A DNA stretch of 64,000 nucleotides, from contig JBARSJ010000320.1 of NCBI GenBank assembly GCA_049644685.1, positions 7,916-71,915 of the forward strand, written 5' to 3'. Under the pieces are notes generated by a model. That model did not search any database and was not told the DNA's origin. It saw only the letters and a list, made by a program, of their open reading frames with translations. Position 1 is the first letter of the stretch; every line of letters begins with the position of its first letter. A program made the translations under genes and the position numbers. Source of the DNA: Anaerolineales bacterium (GTDB taxonomy: Bacteria > Chloroflexota > Anaerolineae > Anaerolineales > UBA11858). Positions 18,558 to 28,375 of this stretch are shown piece after piece.

Positions 18558-19913
18558 ATGAAGAAAAAAACCTTTCACCTGGTATCTCTCGGCTGTGCTA
18601 AAAATACCGTTGATTCCAATTCTATGGCCCAGCTGCTGCAGGGGGATGGATTTTCAGCAGAAGAGAATACCCAACAAGCTGAATTTCTGATTGTAAACAC
18701 CTGCGGATTTATCGAACCAGCCCGGGAAGAATCCTATGCTGTTTTGAAGGAATTGGCATCAGTAAAAGAAAAAGATCAGCTGCTGGTTGCCGCGGGATGC
18801 CTTACTCAGCGGTATGGCGAAGATGTTGTCCGGCAGGTTCCCGGGATAGATGGAGTGATTGGTACCCGACGGTGGATGGACATCCTCCAGGTAATAAAAA
18901 ACCTGCGAGAGGGAGGGAGTCCTCAACCCCTGTACCACTTACCGGATGTTGAAGTAGTCGGCCGCTCTCCGCTGGGAACAGTAGAGGCCCATATCCAGGG
19001 AAACAGTGCTTACCTGAAGATTGCAGACGGCTGCCGCCGTCCCTGTGCCTTTTGTGCTATTCCTAAGATCAAGGGAACAGCTGTCAGCCGTCCACTGGAG
19101 GATATTTTACAGGATGTCCGCTATCTTCAGATGCAGGGTGTTCGGGAAATCAACCTGATCGCCCAGGATACTACTGATTATGGACATGACCTGGGACAAA
19201 AAGACGGCTTAGCGGTTTTGCTGAAGGAATTAACCCGGGCAGCACCGGATGTAGATTGGATCCGAATCTTATATGCCTATCCCGGATATATTACAGACCG
19301 GTTGATCGAGGTTATGGCCTCCAATCAACAAATATTGCCTTATATTGATATTCCTCTCCAGCATGCGGACCCGGGGGTATTAAAAAGTATGCGGCGTCCG
19401 GCAAATATGGATTGGGTGTATAAGACAGTGGAAAAATTACGAAAAGAAATGTCCGGGTTGGCCCTGAGAACTACATTTATTGTGGGATATCCGGGTGAAA
19501 CCGAGAAAGCATTTGAAGCCCTGCTTGATTTCATCAAAGAGGTTCGATTTGACCGGGTCGGCGTATTTGAATTTTCCTTCGAGCCAGGCACAACCTCTGA
19601 AACCCTGGGCGATCCAGTTCCAGCGGCTGTAAAGACAGAGAGGAAAGAACGATTGATGTTAACCCAGCAGAGGATCTCTCTTCAGAAAAACCAAGCCCTG
19701 GTAGGAAAAACATTGGACGTATTAATTGAAGGGCAGGGAATCGTAGATGGTTCAACAGAGATGATCTCGCTTGGCCGTACTTATCGGGATGCTCCGGAAA
19801 TTGACGGCATGGTAATTGTGGAAGGAGAGATCCCTGAAGGGGAAATTGCCCCGGTGAGGATAACTGGAGCAATGACCTATGACTTGACAGGAGTTCCTGA
19901 TCCCGGAAAATAA
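18558..19913 (+). CDS. rimO: Ribosomal protein S12 methylthiotransferase RimO
   Basis: N-terminal MTTase domain (LVSLGCAKNTVDS), radical-SAM CRRPCAFCAIP, C-terminal TRAM domain. Confidence 0.9.
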   Translation: MKKKTFHLVSLGCAKNTVDSNSMAQLLQGDGFSAEENTQQAEFLIVNTCGFIEPAREESYAVLKELASVKEKDQLLVAAGCLTQRYGEDVVRQVPGIDGVIGTRRWMDILQVIKNLREGGSPQPLYHLPDVEVVGRSPLGTVEAHIQGNSAYLKIADGCRRPCAFCAIPKIKGTAVSRPLEDILQDVRYLQMQGVREINLIAQDTTDYGHDLGQKDGLAVLLKELTRAAPDVDWIRILYAYPGYITDRLIEVMASNQQILPYIDIPLQHADPGVLKSMRRPANMDWVYKTVEKLRKEMSGLALRTTFIVGYPGETEKAFEALLDFIKEVRFDRVGVFEFSFEPGTTSETLGDPVPAAVKTERKERLMLTQQRISLQKNQALVGKTLDVLIEGQGIVDGSTEMISLGRTYRDAPEIDGMVIVEGEIPEGEIAPVRITGAMTYDLTGVPDPGK

Positions 19914-19986
19914 ATGACGCCGTAACCTAATATCAACAAGACACGTGTCCCTTGCAGAGTAGAGCGTTCCATGTTAAGTTAAACCT

Positions 19987-20988
19987 ATGATAAATATCAA
20001 AGAACCAACAATTGAGTTTGCCATAAACGCTGTGCGACAAGCCGCTTCCCTGGCAGGTGACATCCAGAGTGAAATGGTGTCTGTAGCGTTAACAAAAGAT
20101 GACCGATCTCCTGTAACTGTGGCAGATTTTGCCGCCCAGGCAGTCGTCAGTTCTTTACTGGGAAAGGGATTTCCTGACGCAATTCTGGTGGGAGAAGAGC
20201 AGGCTGGTGCGCTGCGGTCGCCAGAAGGGAAAGAAACCCTGGATATGGTAACAAAATTTGTAAATCGTGTAATTCCCGATGTCACTCCCAAGCTTGTCTG
20301 TGAATATATTGATCGGGGAGCTGCTTTCCCGGGAGAGAGCTACTGGACATTGGATCCCATCGACGGCACCAAGGGTTTTTTGCGGGGAGCCCAATATGCC
20401 TGTGCGCTGGCTTATGTGGAAAATGGGAAAGTCCAGCTGGGTGTGCTCGGCTGTCCAAATATAAACTCTGATCTCCGGGAAGATATCGGTGGAAGAGGGT
20501 CACTATTGGTTGCCAAAAGGGGCAGTGGAAGCTGGATGACTGAGCTGCGGGAAAGCAAGGCAGAGGGTCAGTATTCACCGTTGACAGTATCAACCCGATT
20601 GGAACCCGAGCAAGCCCGCCTGATGCGTTCGTTCGAGATTGGTCACACCAATGTTTCCCAGGTTGATCATTTTCAGGAAGAATTAGGAGGTAAAGCGGAT
20701 CCCGTGCGGATGGATAGCCAGGTGAAATATGCCCTGCTGGCTGCAGGACAGGGAGAGATATACCTGCGTTTATTGTCCCCCGGCAAGATGGATTACCGGG
20801 AAAAAATCTGGGATCAGGCAGCCGGGTCGGTAATCGTTGAAGAGGCCGGCGGAAGGGTAACAGACCTGGATGGAAATCCACTGGATTTCTCGCAGGGCAG
20901 GACATTGGAAAAAAACAGGGGTATCTGTGCAACTAACGGTATTCTGCATGAAGCAGCGCTGACAGCTCTGCGGAAAATTAACGCCTGA
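19987..20988 (+). CDS. 3'(2'),5'-bisphosphate nucleotidase (inositol monophosphatase superfamily, HAL2/SAL1-like)
   Basis: KDDRSPVTVADFAAQAVV, WTLDPIDGTKGF, WDQAAG motifs. Confidence 0.85.
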   Translation: MINIKEPTIEFAINAVRQAASLAGDIQSEMVSVALTKDDRSPVTVADFAAQAVVSSLLGKGFPDAILVGEEQAGALRSPEGKETLDMVTKFVNRVIPDVTPKLVCEYIDRGAAFPGESYWTLDPIDGTKGFLRGAQYACALAYVENGKVQLGVLGCPNINSDLREDIGGRGSLLVAKRGSGSWMTELRESKAEGQYSPLTVSTRLEPEQARLMRSFEIGHTNVSQVDHFQEELGGKADPVRMDSQVKYALLAAGQGEIYLRLLSPGKMDYREKIWDQAAGSVIVEEAGGRVTDLDGNPLDFSQGRTLEKNRGICATNGILHEAALTALRKINA

Positions 20989-20992
20989 TAAT

Positions 20993-22516
20993 ATGACATC
21001 CATTGACCGGATTGCAGTTCTTTTAAGCCTGGCGGTTGTTATTGTCGCAGCTCTGGTTGGAGGGCTGGTCTTTGAAAACATGGCTCATCTGGAAGATGAG
21101 TTTGCTTATCTCTGGCAGGGACAAGTGATTGCTGGTGGAGATCTGAATCTTCCTTCTCCGGAATTCTCGAGCAGTTTTTTAGTTCCTTTTGTAGTTGATT
21201 ATCAGGGGTTGCGGTTTGCCAAATATCCGCTGGGATGGCCTGTGGTCCTGTCGCTGGGCATTAAAGTCGGGCTTCGGGATTGGGTGAATCCGATCCTGGC
21301 AGGTATCGCAGCCTGGTTGGTTTACCGCCTGGGAAAACGTACCTTTGGAGAAACGGTAGGTTTACTCGCGGCGGCTCTTCTGGGATCCTCTCCTTTCTTT
21401 TTAATTCAGGCAGGGACTCTGCTTTCCCATGTCTGGAGTCTGGTATTGTGTACAGCATTTACTCTTTTCTGGATTGATGCCCTTGAAACAGAAGAGAAAC
21501 AGGGGGGATGGTTAAAGTCTGCAGCAGCTGGATTATGCCTGGGTGTCCTGGGGTTGACCAGACCGCTGACAATGGCTGCCATAGCGCTGCCGTTTGGCAT
21601 TCATGGCATATTGATATTAATCAGAGGCAGCAGCAAGGAACGCTGGCAGATAATCCTGACAGGCGGGATAACACTCAGTCTGCTTTCTCTGCATTTTGTA
21701 TGGCAGTGGGCGCTAACGGGGAGATTCCTTACTAATCCCTACACGCTGTGGTGGGCATATGACAAAGTTGGTTTCGGCCCAGGATACGGAGTAACTGAGG
21801 GTGGTCACAGCTTGCTCCAGGGTTGGTGGAATACAAAACAAAGCCTACGGACCGGGTTAAGTGATCTGTTCGGGTATTGGAAAATCTCCTGGATCTTATT
21901 GCCATTTGGTTTAATAAAAGCCCATAAATCCAGGAGCACCTATTTGTTATTAGGGATTTTTCTTTCCCTGATCATCCTGTATGCGGCTTACTGGATTGGA
22001 TCCCGGCTGTTCGGTCCGCGATATTATTTTGAAGCCCTGCCAGGATTGACCATCCTTAAAGTGCTGGGAATTACCTGGTTAGCAGGCTGGTTAACCGGGC
22101 CCGGCAACCCCTGGAGACTTAAGGGCGGGTGGGACAGGGTTCGATCGGTATTTATTGTCTGTTGTACTTCCCTGCTGATTTTCGGAAATCTCTATTTTTA
22201 CCTTCCTGACCGGATAGAAGAATTAAGGGGATTGTATGGCATTGAGCGGTCCGATCTGGCGGTCTTCACTTCAGCTTCAGCTGAAGAACTCACGCCGGCA
22301 TTGGTGATTGTTCATTCTGAGCTCTGGATGCCCTATGGTAGCCTGCTTGAACTGGAATCCCCGACCTTGGATTCCCCGTTTATTTTCGCCTGGAGCATTG
22401 GTCCCCGAACAGATCAAGCTTTGGTGGAGAAATATACCGAAACTCGCAGCGTATTCCATTATTATCCTGAGCAAAAACCCGCAAAGCTTTACACTTCTCC
22501 TGTGCCGGGATATTGA
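20993..22516 (+). CDS. GT39/ArnT-like membrane glycosyltransferase
   Basis: 507 aa, more than 10 TM helices. N-terminal loop with DEFAYLWQ and an architecture typical of dolichyl/undecaprenyl-phosphate-sugar transferases. Confidence 0.65.
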   Translation: MTSIDRIAVLLSLAVVIVAALVGGLVFENMAHLEDEFAYLWQGQVIAGGDLNLPSPEFSSSFLVPFVVDYQGLRFAKYPLGWPVVLSLGIKVGLRDWVNPILAGIAAWLVYRLGKRTFGETVGLLAAALLGSSPFFLIQAGTLLSHVWSLVLCTAFTLFWIDALETEEKQGGWLKSAAAGLCLGVLGLTRPLTMAAIALPFGIHGILILIRGSSKERWQIILTGGITLSLLSLHFVWQWALTGRFLTNPYTLWWAYDKVGFGPGYGVTEGGHSLLQGWWNTKQSLRTGLSDLFGYWKISWILLPFGLIKAHKSRSTYLLLGIFLSLIILYAAYWIGSRLFGPRYYFEALPGLTILKVLGITWLAGWLTGPGNPWRLKGGWDRVRSVFIVCCTSLLIFGNLYFYLPDRIEELRGLYGIERSDLAVFTSASAEELTPALVIVHSELWMPYGSLLELESPTLDSPFIFAWSIGPRTDQALVEKYTETRSVFHYYPEQKPAKLYTSPVPGY

Positions 22517-22757
22517 TAGAATAATGTAATCCGATTCCGATTTAATTTGCTTTGAGGAATATTGACAATATACTCCGCGAAATTGAGAAACAGGAGGTGG
22601 AGCACCCAGCCTGGTCAAGGAGTTATCCATAGCAGATTTTAAATATCCCCGAAGATTATTCATCAGGTCCGTTCTCAAGGGACTGATTCACCTGGCATTT
22701 AACATATTTAGTGATTTTGAACTGAATGGGGAGGAAAATATTCCCCACAAAGGGCCC

Positions 22758-23360
22758 TTGATCATCACCGGCAATCATTTCAGTTTCGCGGGTTCTGTGG
22801 CTATGCTTCATCTAGCTCCGCCTTCGATTGAGATGTTTTCGGGCGCGAATCCTGCTTTTACGCCTGGCTGGGCTAAATTGCTGCCCCGCTTGTGGGGAGT
22901 ACTGTATGTTTATCGGGGAACCGGTTCCAGGCAGGCCATCCGGGATGCTGAATATGTCCTAAAACAAGACGGATTTTCTGGTATTTTCCCAGAGGGAGGA
23001 GCCTGGGCAGAGATGATTCGGCCTGCCCGACCGGGCACGGCTTACCTGGCTGCTCGAACCGGCGCTCAAATACTGCCAGTTGGATTTACCGGCTTTAATG
23101 ACGCGTTACCACTCCGGCTCTGGAATAAACCCAAGGTCACCATCAGGGTCGGAAAACCATACGGACCTGTATCAATCACGGGGAGAGGAAGAGAAAGACG
23201 GCTCCAGCTGGAAGAGCTGGGGGATAGAATCATGCGGGAAATCGCGGAACTTCTACCCGATCATTTAAGAGGGAGATATTCAAGCGATCCGGAGGTCCGG
23301 GATAGAGCCAAAGAAGTGGAGGTATATCCCTGGGAAACCGCTTCCTGGGATGAAGTTTGA
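22758..23360 (+). CDS. PlsC-family (lysophospholipid) acyltransferase-like protein; true N-terminus probably upstream
   Basis: GNHFSFAGS (H-x4-G, not H-x4-D), FPEGG and ILPVGF motifs. Family-like sequence continues in frame upstream to 22587 with no ATG/GTG/TTG (see finding). Confidence 0.7.
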   Translation: MIITGNHFSFAGSVAMLHLAPPSIEMFSGANPAFTPGWAKLLPRLWGVLYVYRGTGSRQAIRDAEYVLKQDGFSGIFPEGGAWAEMIRPARPGTAYLAARTGAQILPVGFTGFNDALPLRLWNKPKVTIRVGKPYGPVSITGRGRERRLQLEELGDRIMREIAELLPDHLRGRYSSDPEVRDRAKEVEVYPWETASWDEV

Positions 23361-23378
23361 ACGAGGAAAACAGTTTAA

Positions 23379-24311
23379 CTAAAAGATTAACTGCGAGATA
23401 TAAAAGATCGCAGTCAGACTGATAAAACTGAAGATTGATGTCAGGCTGACGATTCCGGCAGTTTCGGTGACTTTATACTCGTACCTTTCAGCAAATACAA
23501 CCAGGGCGATAGCCGCCGGCATCCCATTTTCCAACAATAGAAACTGATTTAGCTCCCCGCTTCCAGGGAGTAATATCAGGATAGTAAGATAGGCGGCCAG
23601 CGGTAGTCCCACCGTCCTAAAAATGGAATAGGGTAATGCTTTTTTGATTGTCTCCAGAGAAAAATGATCGTAGATAAACATCCCCAACACAAAAATTGCA
23701 ACCGCGCTGGAAGTTTGCCCTACCAGGATGAAGGCGTTATTTAGGAAAGCCAACTGAAATCCTGCCAGGGAAGACACAATGCCCAAGATGATTGACAGAA
23801 TCAGGGGGTTGGTAAAAATTTTAGCCAGGAAACTTCTTCCCTGGTTTTGATTGCTGGCATATTCTAGGAGCAGCAAGGTGGTAATGATGCCTAGCACACC
23901 TAACAAGGAAGCGGACAGGATAGAGTTTGCCAGCCATTTGCCTCCCTGGAAAGTCTCAAAGAATGCAATCCCAAAAAAAGCATAACTGCCAAAGCTAATC
24001 GATAGACTCAGCAGAATGTAAGTGTCCTTGTTGATAAGCTTGAGCGTTTTTAAAAATAGCAGAGCTGCCAGCAGGATCACCGTCGGCAGCAGGGTGCCCA
24101 GCACCAGCTGAATGTCGAGAGAGGATATGTCCAGGGAGGATAACTTGGTAAAAAACAGGGTTGGCAGACCAAAATAATACACAAATGAAGACAGCGTTTT
24201 GGCGTGTTCCGCTTTAAATATCCCGGTTTTCCTGCTGAACAAACCCAACAGGACGACGATCAAGATGGTGAACAAACTGGTCAGTACTTCCATGAAATTT
24301 TCCAGTGCCAA
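23379..24311 (-). CDS. AEC-family (auxin efflux carrier) transporter
   Basis: 310 aa, about 10 TM helices. The N-terminus ...LFTILIVVLLGLFSRKTGIFKAEHAKTLSSFVYYFGLPTLFF is typical of the family. Confidence 0.8.
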   Translation of the reverse strand: MALENFMEVLTSLFTILIVVLLGLFSRKTGIFKAEHAKTLSSFVYYFGLPTLFFTKLSSLDISSLDIQLVLGTLLPTVILLAALLFLKTLKLINKDTYILLSLSISFGSYAFFGIAFFETFQGGKWLANSILSASLLGVLGIITTLLLLEYASNQNQGRSFLAKIFTNPLILSIILGIVSSLAGFQLAFLNNAFILVGQTSSAVAIFVLGMFIYDHFSLETIKKALPYSIFRTVGLPLAAYLTILILLPGSGELNQFLLLENGMPAAIALVVFAERYEYKVTETAGIVSLTSIFSFISLTAIFYISQLIF

Positions 24312-24424
24312 TACATTATATTCATTCTTGGCATTTTTTTGATAGTCAAAGTCGAACTTATACGTACGATAAACGTAATTAGGCAGATGCCTTTCATTAT
24401 CTCATGGGTTTCCCGAAAAAGACG

Positions 24425-24456
24425 GGAGGATCCAAATAGAATTTATTGGATCCTCC
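24425..24456 (-). terminator. Terminator hairpin after the lipoprotein gene
   Basis: GGAGGATCCAA / TTGGATCCTCC stem. On the minus strand it is followed by CGTCTTTTTC. Confidence 0.5.
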
Positions 24457-24488
24457 TTATAAGCCTTAAAGTATGAATTAAGATCGTC

Positions 24489-25757
24489 TTATTCGCTTAC
24501 GCAGATACAGTTGTAATTGGCTTTTGGATCAAGCAGAGTTATTTGGTTAGCATCCGCAACATACTCCCAGGGTTTTTCATTCATTGGTCGAAAAGTAAAT
24601 CCCCCGTAATATTTATCTTTTCTAAACAAAGCACAATCGCAACCTGCTTGATTGGTGCATCCAACGCATTCACAAGACGCCATTACATTGTCTTCTTCCC
24701 CACCGCCACCATAATTAAAGCGGCAACCGCCAATACCTAAACCACACAAATAATAACCTTCAGGCAGGAAACTGACAGCTTTGGGTTTATTTTGCATAAA
24801 GATTTGCGAACCGATACCCCATTGGGTGGGATCGATTGTTGCATCACCAAATTCTGTATCACCACTAAAGGAGTTTTGCCAGTCATTTGGATCAGCCCAA
24901 TCACAAGTAGGCCTTCCAAAGGGATATTCTAATTCCACATCAGCTGCTGACACATAAAACGCAGCAATGTTTTTATAAAATGCCGTAAAGAAATCCACAT
25001 TTATTGGATTCCAGCCAGAATCGTAAGCATTTGATTCCCAGACCTCTCCTGGTGCAGATTGATTAATTAGCCAGACATTAGTCCCTCCAAAATGATCCTG
25101 GGGAAATTCTGGGTGTGGAATGTAAATGCCTAGGGGATCATTAGCTAGGATCATTGCGAGTGCAACGGTGCCGTAGCGTGTATCATGATTTAGCGGGACA
25201 GTATCTCCGAATCCAACATATAACACATGCCACCGGGTAATGCCAGTTGTATCTAAACCCTGAGGACAGGAAACCCAGGTAGGAACTTCGTAGTTGTAAT
25301 ATCCACAAGTGTGCATTCCATTGACCGGAAGGTCCGTATAGTCAGGAGGATAGTCAAAAGTTCCCCGGGCAGTGAATACAATATCTGAATAAGGCTCGGC
25401 TGATGGTGGTATCCCTTCCACATCCAGACCACCTGCCCAGACGTTATTCCCTTCGATATCAATTCGGACATCCAGTTTTTGCTTGTCAGAGTCCTCCAAA
25501 CCAATGATATTCGTGTACTCATCTAAGGCAATCATGGAATCAAGGCCATAAGTATCAACAAAAGTCCATGGTGGCGGAAGTGGTGTATCTGGAGGTTTTT
25601 CAGCTTCGCCAACGGGAGTATCTGGAGCCATAACTTCAACGGCAGCCGTCATGGCTAATTTCTCTTCGTCTGTTGGTTTTGTACATCCCGCGCTGATGAG
25701 GACTGAACCGCAGAACAACAAGGTCAGAAATTTCAACACCCAATTTCTTTTATTCAT
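24489..25757 (-). CDS. Secreted lipoprotein with Cys-rich C-terminus, unknown function
   Basis: Signal peptide with lipobox (VLISAGC). 422 aa. About 10 Cys in the last ~90 aa (CGLGIGGC...CECVGCTNQAGCDC...CIC). Visibly more AT-rich than its neighbours. Confidence 0.7.
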   Translation of the reverse strand: MNKRNWVLKFLTLLFCGSVLISAGCTKPTDEEKLAMTAAVEVMAPDTPVGEAEKPPDTPLPPPWTFVDTYGLDSMIALDEYTNIIGLEDSDKQKLDVRIDIEGNNVWAGGLDVEGIPPSAEPYSDIVFTARGTFDYPPDYTDLPVNGMHTCGYYNYEVPTWVSCPQGLDTTGITRWHVLYVGFGDTVPLNHDTRYGTVALAMILANDPLGIYIPHPEFPQDHFGGTNVWLINQSAPGEVWESNAYDSGWNPINVDFFTAFYKNIAAFYVSAADVELEYPFGRPTCDWADPNDWQNSFSGDTEFGDATIDPTQWGIGSQIFMQNKPKAVSFLPEGYYLCGLGIGGCRFNYGGGGEEDNVMASCECVGCTNQAGCDCALFRKDKYYGGFTFRPMNEKPWEYVADANQITLLDPKANYNCICVSE

Positions 25758-26116
25758 GTTTTCTCCCTTTGAACTTGATCATGTTTGTCAATTTGGCTTC
25801 AGAATATTTTATTTTTGTAAACCCTCGTTAGTGCAATAGTTCAAGAATCAACACATATATTTTCCAAAACATCGTTTATGAAAAATGAGTAAACCAAGAA
25901 ACTGGTAATCTTATAATACAGAACTGGGAACTAATAAAAGAAAACATCATCCCAAGTAGGCCTGAACCCGGATGATGATGGAATAAACATGACCGCATTG
26001 AGGGTGTAAAGTATAGTCAAGAGCTCTGGTACAACTTTGTTTCTTATAGTGTACATAAAGAACTTTGGGATGTCAACACAGTGTTCATCCCCGCCTGTGG
26101 CGAAAACCCTATTTCA

Positions 26117-26124
26117 TGTATAAT
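26117..26124 (+). promoter_or_regulatory. Extended -10 element (TGTATAAT) 6 nt before the thioesterase ATG
   Basis: TG-n-TATAAT at 26117-26124, ATG at 26131. This suggests a leaderless transcript. Confidence 0.35.
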
Positions 26125-26130
26125 GCAAAC

Positions 26131-26574
26131 ATGTCCAAACACCGCTTTTTCCACCCAATTACCGTCCGCTACGGCGACCTGGATCCCCAGGGCCATGTCA
26201 ACAACGCTGGCTTTCTAACCTATATAGAGCATGCCCGGGTATCCTACATCCGACAGCTCGGATTGTGGGATGGAAAGTCTTTTCTAGAGATAGGATTCAT
26301 TCTGGCCCGGGTGGAACTTGATTTTCAAGCGCCGATCCTGATGACAGATGAGGTTGAGGTTGGCGTGCGCGTCTCCCGGCTGGGCAATAAGAGCCTTGAT
26401 ATGGAGTACCTGATCAGAGAACCAGTCACCGGGAAGATCTTTGCTGCAGGGAAATCAGTCCAGGTAGCTTATGATTACCAGAGTGGAAAAACCATTCCTC
26501 TGCTGGCCTCTTGGCGGGAAGTGATCCAGGACTTTGAAGGTGACGATCTAGATAACCAACAAGGCGATAAATGA
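26131..26574 (+). CDS. 4HBT/YbgC-type acyl-CoA thioesterase
   Basis: HRFFHPITVRYGDLDPQGHVNNAGFLTYIEHARV is the hotdog-fold catalytic region. The start is chosen at MSKHRFF; the track start at 26065 adds a non-homologous extension. Confidence 0.85.
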   Translation: MSKHRFFHPITVRYGDLDPQGHVNNAGFLTYIEHARVSYIRQLGLWDGKSFLEIGFILARVELDFQAPILMTDEVEVGVRVSRLGNKSLDMEYLIREPVTGKIFAAGKSVQVAYDYQSGKTIPLLASWREVIQDFEGDDLDNQQGDK

Positions 26575-27620
26575 AAAAATTACCAGACTTTAATCAAACT
26601 TATCTAACCGAAATCTTGCTGGAGTTATTAAATATTCCCAGTCCAACTGGATATACAGACCAGGTTATTGGTTATCTTGAGGACCAGCTGGCGGCTTTTC
26701 CAGATTTAGTCCTGCAGAGGACAGCCAAGGGAGGGCTGGTGGCGAGTTGGGCCGGCAATGAAAGCACCGCCCCGCGAGGTTTAACAGCTCATGTGGATAC
26801 GCTGGGAGCGATGGTGAAGGAAATCAAACCGAACGGCCGCCTTAAGCTGACCCAGCTGGGCGGATATTCCTGGAACACAATTGAAGGAGAAGGCTGCACG
26901 GTGTACTCCGGTGGTGGCGAACCTGTTCGGGGGACGGTGCTGCTGAATAAATCCTCTGGGCATGTTTTCAGCAAAGAGGTCAACACAACGGAACGTTCCG
27001 CAGCGACCATGGAAGTGCGGCTGGATTACCGGACCTCCTCGGCAGAGGAGACTTGGGAAGCTGGCATCCAGGTAGGGGATTTTGTTGCCTTCGACCCCCG
27101 CGTTGAAACCACCCAGGGGTTTATTCGCTCCCGCCACCTGGATGATAAAGCAGCAGTTGCCTGTCTGGCGGCAGCAATCCAGGCCCTTTTTAATGCTGGG
27201 CAAAAACCTGCCCAGGATACGGTTTTCCTTTTCAGTAATTATGAGGAAGTTGGTCATGGGGCAGCCTCGGGTTTCCCGGAGGGAATTAAAGAATTGGTTG
27301 CGGTCGATATGGCTGCGATTGGGGAAGGACAGACCTCAGACGAATTCCATGCCACCCTGTGCGTAAAGGACTCCGGCGGACCCTATCACCACGGGTTAAG
27401 TCAGCGGCTCCGGTCCCTGGCTGATGATCATAAAATCCCTTACAAGGTGGATATTTATCCCTATTATGGTTCTGACGGGGAAGCCTATTGGCGGGCAGGA
27501 GGAGATGTTGCGGTTGCCCTGGTCGGACCCGGGGTGGATGCCTCCCATAGTTATGAAAGAACCCACCAGGATGCTTTAATCGCCACTACCCAGTGGATCA
27601 TTGCTTATCTTCTGAGTTAA
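26571..27620 (+). CDS. M42-family metallopeptidase
   Basis: 349 aa. LLELLNIPSPTGYT, HVDTLG, SRHLDDK, NYEEVGHG, D-H metal ligands. 4-nt ATGA overlap with the preceding gene. Confidence 0.88.
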   Translation: MKKLPDFNQTYLTEILLELLNIPSPTGYTDQVIGYLEDQLAAFPDLVLQRTAKGGLVASWAGNESTAPRGLTAHVDTLGAMVKEIKPNGRLKLTQLGGYSWNTIEGEGCTVYSGGGEPVRGTVLLNKSSGHVFSKEVNTTERSAATMEVRLDYRTSSAEETWEAGIQVGDFVAFDPRVETTQGFIRSRHLDDKAAVACLAAAIQALFNAGQKPAQDTVFLFSNYEEVGHGAASGFPEGIKELVAVDMAAIGEGQTSDEFHATLCVKDSGGPYHHGLSQRLRSLADDHKIPYKVDIYPYYGSDGEAYWRAGGDVAVALVGPGVDASHSYERTHQDALIATTQWIIAYLLS

Positions 27621-27644
27621 TCCAACCTCATTGAGGGTACTATT

Positions 27645-28298
27645 TTGGGAAAAATAGATTTTCAGCTAGCTAGGAAACACATGGTTGAGAGGCAAATAGC
27701 CAACCGGGGGATTACCTCGCCGCGCATCCTGGAGGCATTTTTAGATACCCCCCGCCATTTATTTATCCCTAAAAATCAGCATCTCTTTGCTTATGAGGAC
27801 GGCCCCTTGCCGATTGGAAAAGGGCAGACCATCTCCCAACCTTATATTGTGGCCTATATGACCAAACACCTGAATCTGGGAGGTGAGGAACGGGTGCTGG
27901 AAATTGGGACTGGATCTGGGTACCAGGCAGCCATCCTGGGAAAGCTGGCAGCGGAAGTGCATACGGTTGAACGTCATCCTTCTTTGGCTGAAAGTGCTAC
28001 CCAACTGCTGGCAGATCTGGGATTTGATAATATCCAGGTTCACCTGGGGGATGGCACCAGGGGGTTGCTGGATTTTGCTCCCTATGATGCGATCATGGTC
28101 ACCGCAGCTGCGCCGGATGTCCCTGTTCCTCTGCTGGACCAGCTTGCCGATGGCGGGCGGTTAATCATGCCTGTAGGGGGTAGGATCGGTCAAGTGCTTC
28201 ATCTCTACCAGCGCCGGGGGGAGGAAATTATCAGAGATAGCCTCACCCCGGTCGCGTTTGTACCCCTGATCGGGGATCACGGTTGGCCTGGATCATAA
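27645..28298 (+). CDS. pcm: Protein-L-isoaspartate O-methyltransferase
   Basis: QTISQPYIVAYM, VLEIGTGSGYQAAIL, MVTAAAP. TTG start in the track; an in-frame ATG at 27681 is an alternative. Confidence 0.92.
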   Translation: MGKIDFQLARKHMVERQIANRGITSPRILEAFLDTPRHLFIPKNQHLFAYEDGPLPIGKGQTISQPYIVAYMTKHLNLGGEERVLEIGTGSGYQAAILGKLAAEVHTVERHPSLAESATQLLADLGFDNIQVHLGDGTRGLLDFAPYDAIMVTAAAPDVPVPLLDQLADGGRLIMPVGGRIGQVLHLYQRRGEEIIRDSLTPVAFVPLIGDHGWPGS

Positions 28299-28323
28299 TA
28301 AGTTTGTTACCTGTTTTCCTTAA

Positions 28324-28358
28324 TAAAAAAATCCCCGGTGATTCACCGGGGATTTTTG
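28324..28358. terminator. Bidirectional terminator between pcm(+) and rnj(-)
   Basis: ATCCCCGGTG / CACCGGGGAT stem flanked by an A6 run and a T5 run. Confidence 0.7.
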
Positions 28359-28375
28359 GTTAACCCTTTTTTGAT

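Noticed and set aside
20282-20932. 216-aa minus-strand ORF.
   Set aside because: It is fully antisense to the well-supported bisphosphate nucleotidase gene. The product is Pro/Arg-rich junk.
22277-22678. 133-aa minus-strand ORF spanning the GT39 3' end and the PlsC upstream region.
   Set aside because: It overlaps two better-supported plus-strand coding regions, and the sequence is not recognisable.
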